From Mobula hypostoma (taxonomy: Eukaryota): DNA of 64,000 nucleotides. The stretch covers positions 28,832,001-28,896,000 of the forward strand of contig NC_086108.1 in the NCBI RefSeq assembly GCF_963921235.1, in the 5' to 3' direction. Below the pieces are notes generated by a model. That model had not been told where the DNA came from. It did no database searches and worked only from the letters and a program-made list of their open reading frames with translations. Of the stretch, positions 54,805 to 64,000 are shown piece by piece (the stretch's first letter is position 1; every line of letters begins with the position of its first letter). The translations under genes were made by a program, and so were the position numbers.

Positions 54805-55085
54805 TTAGACTATGATACATGAGCAGAATTAGACCATTGGGCCAATATAGCCTGCTCTGCCATTCAATCATGGCTGATTTTGTCCAGGTTTTCTCCTGTC
54901 TTCTCTCCATGGCTCTTAGGCTTTTATCAGTCAAAAACTTATTGATCTCTGTCTTATAAACCCAGAGACTTGGCCTCGCCAGCCCTCTGTGGCAACAAGC
55001 TACACAGATTCATGAAGCTCCAGCTGAAGAAATTCCTTCATCTCAGTTTGAAAGAGACGATCCTTTATTCTGAGTTGTGTCCTGA
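54805..55085 (-). mobile_element. CR1-like LINE 3' fragment
   Basis: Similar to 29455-29665. Confidence 0.5.
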
Positions 55086-55944
55086 AGCCTGCAGCTTCTT
55101 AAAAAGATGGCAGGTGTGATGCCTGAAGTGTGGTGGGGTTGGGTTTGGGAGGATTGTGTAATACTGCACAGGGCTTGGATGTGTTCCCAGCATGAGGATT
55201 CAATGTTCTCAACCCCATCCTGAACGTGCCTTACCAGTGCGTGAGAGACCAGATTCCCAACAGTCAATGGAGACTTTGTATTATAATATTATATATAATA
55301 AACACACACACATGCACACACCCACACCTAAGACTTAAGCACCCTAGCGCACTCTCATACAAGTTTTAATTTACCTTAGTCTTTCATATGCTGGACCAAC
55401 CTGGTGGAAAATTGCAGAAAAGTTATCTATTTCCTGTAAGCAACTAAACAGTTTCAAAGAGACTGTTTAATCCAGTTTTATTTCATTTCTTTAAATCTAC
55501 TCATTTGGATGGATGGTATTTTCTGTAATTTAGGCTGTTCAGCCAATAAAGAGCTTGCCAAATTAGAGCCAAGGCTGTGATACTCAGAGTTGAGTTTATT
55601 TCCTCATTTTGTTCAGGCTTTGTATGATATATGCAGATGAAAGCTGACAACCTTCAAGCCTCTGCACATTTGATTATTCAATCAGAAATTTGAGAACACT
55701 CTTATAAAATGATATTTAAGTGTTATGCAAATGAAGCTCTCAAGTAAGCTCTGTAGATTTGACAACCTCAGCACCTGAAATCTTAAACAAAAACAAAGAT
55801 AAGATCACTAATCGGAATTGCAAAAGATATGTAGATCAACTAGAGCAGGCCTTACATGGATTGCAAGCATTTTGTATTTTCACTTGATTAAACATATCTT
55901 AGGTGGGCACTTTCACTGATGAATAGTTTGCTGACTACACTATA

Positions 55945-56731
55945 CAGTCGGCCCACCTTATCCGCGGTTCCGCATGCGTGGATTCAACCAACCATGGATC
56001 GGGAAAACCCGGAAGTTCTCTCTCCAGCACTCGTTGTTTGAGCATGTACAGACTTCTTTTCTTGTCATTATTCCCTAAACAATACAGTATAACAACTATT
56101 TACATAGCCTTTACATTGTATTAGGTATTATAAGTAATCTAGAGATGATTTAAAGTACAGGCAGTCCCCGGGTTACGAATGAGTTCCGTTCCTGAGTCCG
56201 TCTTTAAGTCGGATTTGTACGTAAGTTGGAACAGGTACATCCGGTATTATTTAATGTCAGTTAGTCATATGTTTGTCTTAGTATATAGTATATATTTTAC
56301 TTTCCTATGCATATAAAACACTTAAGAAATGTATGTATTTCAATAATTAACCCACTGCGTTGCTTAGTAATAATTGCAGCTTTCATCCGGGCAGGGCCTT
56401 TCACACGCTCCATTATTCTCACTTTATCCTTTAAAATTGTTCCGATCGTTGACTGACTTGCAGCCTATCGCTTTTCCAATGACCAATGGCGTTTCACCTC
56501 TTTCTGATCGCTTTATTATTTCCACTTTATTTTCAATCATGATCGTTTTCCGTCAACAGAACAGAAACACTGCGGAATCAGCAGCAGCCGCGGGCAGCGG
56601 GTCCTGAGCTCCCCCGGGTCCTAAAGTCCACCCGCACTGAGACAGGTTAAATAAGGGACTTGAGCATCCATGTTTTTCGGTACCTGTGGCGGGTCCCGGA
56701 ACCAACCCCCGCGGACAAGGAGGGCCGACTC
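55945..56731. mobile_element. Tigger/pogo-type MITE, same family as 2306-3993, opposite orientation
   Basis: TIR cagtcggcccaccttatccgcg / cgcggacaaggagggccgact; TA flanks. Confidence 0.85.
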
Positions 56732-57791
56732 TACCTTGAAGTGCATCTCCAAATAGTAATTGATTTGAAAACTGGTACAGCAGCTCAAACTGGTTTTGAA
56801 GTCAAAGCCAATTTTGATTCCATTGTTTATCAAACTTAGATAATTGCCTTGAACCAATAACAGACAGGAAATTCAGGAAACGCACATTATTTTTCAATAA
56901 ATTGTAATGAATTTCCTCATGAGGCAAGCAGTAGTTTGGCAAGGGGATCTGAACAGGCCATAATATTTCAGATTTTAAATAGAAACATGTTGAACTTCAC
57001 CAACTTGAGAACAGCTGGCAGTGCCTCATGGCACAACTATTCACTACCCTCTCAACAAGGTCAGCAAGATCACTGTAGAAGAAAACAGAGAGAAACCACT
57101 TAAAAATCTATGCGCTTCTTTCAAGCATAAAGGAGGGATAAAAGCTATTCCTCAGCTTTATTTTACCGCCCCCCCCAGGGTACTTTCCAAATGCACATTT
57201 TAGAAAAAACGAGTTTGAAATCTGGCAGCACAACACAACATTTTTGATCACTCCCACCCCGCCCATTTGAAGGAATTTATTCTCAGACAACCTTCACTTT
57301 GAGGCCTTCTGTGCACGAGTTATGTACTTATGAAAATTTGCTCCTAGGTTCTGTGTACATGTGCATGTGTGTGCATGGACCAGACACAAGACACAGGGCA
57401 TGCAGTCCCATTGCCAAAATTGCATGCAAGGCATGCCTTCCCGTCACTGATGTTAAATTTTGTACATCTGAAAATCTATGGATAGAAAAGGTCATCTGTG
57501 TGGAAACCACAAGAGAAGATTTGAGGGCTGCTTCAGTGCTGATCATTTAATCAGAGACGTGTTCTCACAAATCCCCTTTCTGAATCTAACACCACATTCT
57601 AAAATGCACAAAAGAGTCAAGAGTCACACAGCACAGCACACAAACAGGGCTTCTGGTCTAGTTGTCCATGCTGACTGCACTGCCTAGTCACATCTGTTCA
57701 TGTCTGGTTCACAGCCCCCAAACCGCACCTATCTATGTATTTATCTAAATAGTTTTTAAATGTTGCTAATGTGCCCACCTCAGCCACTATC

Positions 57792-59855
57792 TAGATTAGA
57801 TTAGATTAGATTCAACTTTGTCATTGTGCCGAGTACAGATACAAAGCCAATGAAATGCAGTTAGCATCTACGCCCTATCCTCATTATATGCGAGGGATAT
57901 GTTCCTCGAAGTTGACGCATAATGTGAAATCGCATAATGTGAATAATTATTTAAATGGAGAAAATAGGGATGCGTTCCAGAAGACTTCCTAAATATATTT
58001 TATCTGTAATTTAGTCACATTTTTATACCAATATGACACAAAAGCAGTACAAGACAATATTTGTATTATATTTAACCAATTTAAGGTAATATTCAATGTA
58101 ATAAATCATAGAGAGTTAACATCCTCTGGTGTACAGTACTCACCAACAGTGGCAGGTGTGTTCGCTCCGGGAGATGAGTGGTTGTTGTGGTGTCGGGCAG
58201 CTTTACACGGATAAGGTGGATGGTTGTGGTCGTCAGGATCATATCAAGCACAGCAAGGGGTGAAGAAAGACTCACAGAAATTTTAGAACTGCTAGCAGCA
58301 GAAGATTACAGCGAATTGAATAAACTGGTGAGGGTTGTTTGCTTGGCAGCATTTTGCTTTTCAGCATAAATTTGCTTGTAGGGAAGAAGGGTTGATGGCA
58401 GGGAACGACTGAAATGCTGACTCCGTTCTAAACTTGGGTCCATGTCCATCGCCATTTGTGCCAGGTGTTCTGACTTCCATTCCCTCACCGTTGGTAAACT
58501 CCCGGGATTTTCAAAATCGTCTGCTGCTTGCAGCATCTAAGAGATAGTTCGCCATAAAAAAAAATACGTACGCCTTGAATGTGGATCACACCAGTCGAGT
58601 GGTTGAATCAGCGATGTTGTGTTAGGCGGCAGGAAACGCATTGTTATGTTAGGATGAATGCTGTCCAAATGTTTAGGATGGGCTGGCGCATTGTCAAGCA
58701 GCAAAAGAACTTTCAAGGCAAGATTCTGTTCCCGGCAGTAGTGTCCCAAAGCTGTGTTACCTTCAGCTGATGCCGGGTTGTTTATAATTTCCAACCTTTT
58801 TTCAAATGCTAAAGCCGTTCTCTGCTGAGCAGCTGACGGCCCAAGACATGACATTGGACGCTTAGGACGCATTGTTAAATATTTCAAGCACAAAATCACT
58901 GCACCGTAGGTAAAACCAACAAAAGTTTAAGATCGTGCATCCACACCTTGCCAAAACCAATACGAGAGTGGCGGGAGAGAGAATGCGAGGCACGCGCACC
59001 TGATTTGTATTGGCGGGAAAGCGGTGCTTCTCGTCCAACAGTGAGACTGTGAGGCGTGCGCACGTGACTTGTATTGGCGGGAAGGCAGTGCTCCTTGCAT
59101 AACTGAGTTTTGGACGCATATAACGAGACGTTGGTAGAAATAGGTTCCTCGCGTAACTGTGAATCCGCATGGTCTGAAGACGCAAATAACAAGGATAGGG
59201 TGTAACCAGAAATGCAAAGAATAGTGTTATTTACAAAATAACTGCGAATAAAAAGTAAGTGCTCAGCACAAAAATATAAAAGTACTGAGACAGTACAATA
59301 TGGGTGCAATACCACTTAGCGCTGTGATGTGAGGTTGAGCAGGGTCACAGCCTCAGGGAAGAAGCTCTTCCTGTTCCTGCTGGTGTGGGAGCGGAGGCTC
59401 CTGTAGCACCTATCAGATGGGAGGAGAGTAAAAAGCCCATGGTTAGGGTGAGATGCATCCTTGATAATGCTTTTCGCCCTGCCCAGGCAGTGTTCATGGT
59501 AGATGTTCTCAATGGTGGGCAATTGGGTGCTGATAATCCACTGGGCAGTTTTCACCACATGCTGGAGTGCTTTGCGGTCCGATACAGGACAATTGCCATA
59601 CCACACTGAGATGCAGTTGGTGAGTATGCTCTCAATGGTACAGCGGTAAAAGTCCATCAGTATCCTGGGACAGAGGTGAGCTTTCTTGATGTTCCGCAGG
59701 AAATAAAGATGCTGTTGCGCCTTTTTGATCAGGATGGAAGAGTTCAGGGACCAAGTGAGATCCTCAGAAATGTGGACACCAAGGAATTTGAAGCTTGATA
59801 CACGCTCCACTACAGCTCCGTTGATGTAGATGGGGACGTGAGTGTGGCTCCTAGC
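57792..59855 (-). mobile_element. Rex1/Babar-like LINE 3' part with (TCTAA)n tail, split by a Tigger
   Basis: Open frame VERVSSFKFLGVHISEDLTWS...SFFPEAVTLLN; 3' UTR rejoins across the insertion (gcatcta|accagaaat). Confidence 0.85.
57871..59202 (-). mobile_element. Internally deleted Tigger/pogo transposon
   Basis: TIRs cgccctatcctcattatatgcg / caccctatccttgttatttgcg, TA TSD; DDE_1 motif LLLDNAPAHP...FLPPNTTSLIQPLD. Confidence 0.9.
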
Positions 59856-59861
59856 ATGCCT

Positions 59862-60225
59862 GAATTCTGGCAGGTCATTCCAAATTGCACACCACCCTTT
59901 GTGTGAAGCTGCTGCCTCTGATATCTCTTTTAAATCTCTCCCCTCTGATCTTAAACCTATGCCCATCTATATTCAACACCACCCACCCCGGGAGAAAGAC
60001 CGGGCTTTCATCTTGTCCCTCACAATCTCATATACATCTGTCAGGTGGCCTCTCAACCTCCTACATTCCAGGGAATAAAGTCCAAGCCTACACAAACCCC
60101 TCTTTGTAAGGGAGACCCCAAGTCTAGGATACATCCTGGTAAAACTTTTTTGCACTCACTCTAGCTTAATAACATCTTCACTATATAGGGTGACCAAAAC
60201 CAGACACAATATCCCAAATACAGCC
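59862..60225 (-). mobile_element. CR1-like LINE fragment
   Basis: CVWFWSPY; RLGLYSLECRRLRGHL. Confidence 0.75.
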
Positions 60226-60230
60226 ATTGA

Positions 60231-60893
60231 GGGGGGGCGAGAAGATGGCGGCGCGACCTCTCTGGTGAATGATATCTGTATTTGTCAAGTAGGATGCTGT
60301 GCACAATCCTGATTTGATGGAGACGGACGTGAGAAGCACGGAAGAACATCTGGAGAAACTTCTGAAATGCCCTCTTCGCTGCCGCTGTGCGATCGAGAAT
60401 CTCCGGAGGGAAAGGCCCTGAATCGTCGGCTTTGCCTGGTGCTTGGCAGCCGGGACCAGGGCCAGGGTCGAAGCGCTTGGCAGAGATGGTGCTCGGTGCT
60501 TGGTGTCGGAGGCTCGAAGTTTTCGGACGGACTCAAGAGTCGGACTGTGGCCGGGTGCTTCCAGGGTGCTGCATCAGCAAGTTTGCGGCGCTGGAGGTTC
60601 ATGGCAGGGAGAGTTTTCTTCCTTCTACCGTCTGCGTGAGATGATGGGACTTTCGAGACTTTGAGACCTTTTTTTACCGTGCCTATGGTCTGCTCTTTAT
60701 CAAATTACGGTATTGCTTTGCACTGTTGTAACTATATGTTATAATTATGTGGTTTTTGTCAGTTTTTTAGTCTTGGTCTGTCTTGTGTTTCTCTGATATC
60801 ATACTGGAGGAACATTGTATCATTTCTTAATGCATGCATTACTAAATGACAATAAACGAGGACTGCGTGTCCTCATAATCTAATGTAATCTAA
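60231..60893 (+). mobile_element. Non-coding non-autonomous retroelement (AAGATGGCG head, (TAATC)n tail)
   Basis: Second copy of 7813-8367; CpG-rich. Confidence 0.75.
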
Positions 60894-61119
60894 TTATCCT
60901 GAGACTGCACATCAGGGACTGCAGAATTAAACACCTTAATGCACTGCAAGGCCTCCAATACCTACTCCCTGCTCATTTATATTAGAATCAGATTGTCTCT
61001 CTGATTTCATGTGTTCCAAGACAACACCACTCTTTTACACTATTTCTTTAACTTCCACTGTTTTCTACCACCCCCAAAACCATAAAAACTGAGGAAACTG
61101 AAGATTTTATCCATTTGTG

Positions 61120-62245
61120 TACCTCGGTAGCATAGCAGTTTACACGACACTATTACAGCTTGGTATATCGGAGTTCAGCATTCAATTCCGTTGTCATCTC
61201 TAAGCAAGGTTCCCTCCAAGGGGTGTATGTGCGCACACACGTCTTTTGCTACTAGTGCACAAAAGAATTTAAACTGTGCACAAAAGGTTGTCACCCTCTA
61301 CCTCGTTGGCATGTTAAGTATATTTCATGATTGTACACAATCACATTTCCTTTTCCAATTTCCAATGCAGACTGTGTTGACAACGTGGAATTTGCAATGA
61401 TTTCGCTGCAGATTTTACACCTGACTTATTTATACAATTTTTCTTGAAGAAATTATTGATGCTGTCGAATTGCAAAGCAGCAAAGGGGATGAAGAGCAAG
61501 AGAACTGCTAGTTCATTGAAAGCAGAATGGCTTAATGAAACAGTAGCTATTGCTACATCAAAAGCTCATGAGGTCAGGGATGTGCGGCTGCAGGAAATAT
61601 TTATGTACAACACAGAAACTGGTGTTATCTGTGAGTATTGTGATGTAAAAGTTGTGGGAGAATTTGCAAGCAGGAAGATGTGGAGTGATATTTGGAAACT
61701 TGACCTTTTAAAGTGTCATTTCGCAAGCAAATCGCATATGGACAGTGTGCAAAAGCTCTGGAGAGAAAATCCTTTATTGTCTGCTATAGGCCTGCCGTAT
61801 GTCTCGTGAAAGTGCAGATAAACAACAGCGAAAATGATCAAACCCAGAGGAGAACAAAGTCTTTATTGACAGTTTTTAAATTTCTTTTAAACAATAAACA
61901 AACTGGACTTGGTAGTTTATTATCCTCATAATACCTTCAGGTTTACTTCCACTTAAAAATTCAGTGTCATTGGGCAAAAAATTGCACAGCACAAGATTTT
62001 TGAGCACTCTGGTCATTACAAATTAGAGGGAATATTGTAAGGAGTATGTCCTCCTTGTGGAATGTGTGGGTTTTCCCTGCACACTCTGGTTTCCTCACAG
62101 AGTCCAAAGACACACCAGATAGATTAATTGGTCATTGTAAACTGTCCTGTGATTAGGCTGGGGTTATTTCAGGGTTGCTTGGGTGTGCAGCTTGAAAAGC
62201 CAAAGGATGTATTCTGCACTGTAATACTAAATAAATAATTTAAAT
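61120..62245 (+). mobile_element. HE1/V-SINE-like SINE split by a DNA transposon
   Basis: Head about 61120-61204 and body about 62038-62245 rejoin at tct.taag|gagt. Confidence 0.7.
61205..62037 (+). mobile_element. hAT-like transposon relic with an N-terminal zinc-finger remnant
   Basis: TIRs caaggttccctccaa / caatattccctctaa; ORF 61444-61809 with EWL..CEYC..WK..H..SKSH (TTF-type finger-like). Confidence 0.6.
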
Positions 62246-62254
62246 AAACTTCCT

Positions 62255-62620
62255 TTGGTTCCTCAGACATTGCCAAGATGGTCATTAAGGGGATTGATTC
62301 TCTCACTGGTAACCCTTCTGATATACCTGCAGAATCTTTTGGAATTTTGCTTCATTTTGCCTGCCAAATCCTTCTCATATGCTCTTCCTACTTGAATTTG
62401 TCTCTTAAATGCACTCCTACAGTTCTTGTAGCCATTAAGAGATTCACTAGTTCCCAACTGCTTATGTGCAGCATGAGCCTCCCTCTTTTTCTTAACCAGA
62501 GCCTCATTATCATCCGCCAGGTTTCCCGAAACCTGCCAGCCTTGACCTTCACCCAAACAGGAAGATACAGGCCGACTTTTAAAGGCCTCCCAACTTGACA
62601 GACACTCCTTTCTCTGCAAG
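62255..62620 (-). mobile_element. CR1-like LINE internal fragment
   Basis: YEKDLAGKMKQNSKRFCRYIR peptide. Confidence 0.6.
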
Positions 62621-63239
62621 ATCCCACCTAATGGCTCCAAAATTAGCTCTGCCACTGTTCAGAAACTGAACCTGTGAACCAACCATATTTTTCTCCATAG
62701 CTAATTTGAAACGAAGAGATTATGATCAATGCACACAAAGTATTCACCAACAGACACTATCACCATTTGCCAAGAGGAGGTGCAGTGTTGTACCTCTTTT
62801 GTTGGCCCTTCTTGCTATTGATAAATGAATCTTTGTTGGATACATTTCACAAAGTCCACTCAGTCCAAGCCTTTCACATGAAGGTTAACTCAATTAACAT
62901 TAAGCAAGTTAAAATCTTCCACTAATAAGGTGGTGCTGGTGGTATACGGCAACGTTTTGCAGGCAGCTCACAAAACGACGAGGTACTTTAATCAATATAC
63001 ATCTGAACTACAATCACTGCAATCCACAGCCTGTAATTTCCCTTTAAGAAATATATCATTGAACCATCCAAATGAACTAGTGATTTTACGATTGCCTTAA
63101 GAATTCAGTGAACTTGACTCTCGAGAATGCAGATACGGCCATTGCGACGGTTTTGGGGGTGGGGGGGGGTGGGCACTGTGTCGAGACCTGGAAGTGGAAA
63201 ACAAATTGGTGATCAGCAATACCTGCCTGTGTTTAACCC

Positions 63240-63600
63240 ATCTCCCTTAGTGTTCCCTACTACCATCAGGGAGGAGATACAGAAGTGTTGTGTTCCACGG
63301 CGTCAGGTTCAAGAACAGTTGTTGCCCTGCAGCCATGAGGCTCCTGGACCGGCTTCACTTGCCTCAGCACTGAACTGACTCTATAGCAGCGGACTCACAT
63401 CCTTGGACTCTACAGCTCATGTTTCTGCATTATTTGTTTACTTTTTTTTTACTAATTGTATGACTTGCCCTTTATTGACATTTGGAGGTTTGTCAGTTTT
63501 TATTGTGGGGTTCTGATTCTTTGTTTTGTGGCTGCCTGCAAGATGAATGTCAAAGTTGTATATGGTACACCTACTTTGATAATAAATGTGATCTTTGAAC
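63240..63600 (+). mobile_element. Rex1/Babar-like LINE 3' fragment
   Basis: LPSGRRYRS-type remnant; aataaatgtgatctttgaac tail. Confidence 0.6.
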
Positions 63601-64000
63601 TATTATGTTTACAACTAGCTGCACTTTCTCTACATATCTGCTCCTCCAATCCCCGCTGACTATTGGGGTCCTATAATAATCCCTGAGTGACCACCCCTTT
63701 ATATTTCTACCCATATGGCCTTACTGAATGATCCCCTAAGAACATCATCTCCAAGGACCATTGTTAAGTTCACTTTCATCACGGCAACTCTTACCCGCAT
63801 CTCTGTAAAGCCTGTAGCATCTGTAACCTGGAACAGAGTTGCCAGTCCTGCCCTTCCCTCAGCCACATTTCTGTAATGGCTATGATGCCCCAGTCCCCAG
63901 AGCCAATTAATGTCCCGAGTTCATCCACCTTACCTGTCAAGCTCTTGCCCTGAAATTAATGCAGTTTATACCAATTGTGTTTCCTCTCCATATTGCTCCT

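Overview
Repeat-dense vertebrate intronic DNA, not prokaryotic. The repeat content (HE1/V-SINE-like SINEs, Rex1/Babar and CR1 LINEs, Neptune-type Penelope elements) suggests a cartilaginous fish such as a ray (inference). One host exon is recognisable: a 137-nt minus-strand exon (19185-19321) of a C1orf21/DUF4612-like gene with canonical splice sites, so most of the window is probably its introns. The rest is nested mobile DNA. This includes a full-length but disabled L1 (36261-42159, 14-bp TSD) inside a Tigger/pogo element, two coding Penelope-like elements (PLEs), many short PLE-end insertions, Tigger MITEs, a Chapaev3-like relic, a hAT-like relic, and many Rex1, CR1, RTE and SINE fragments. 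The most notable structure is a family of minimal hammerhead ribozyme motifs carried by the PLE ends. Two copies with intact cores lie sense to the host pre-mRNA, one on each side of the exon. Several PLE insertions are fold-back palindromes with 12-15-bp TSDs. Family names come from recalled motifs, not database searches. Boundaries without a TSD or TIR are approximate. I found no clearly new biological system; the findings are unusual arrangements of known element classes.
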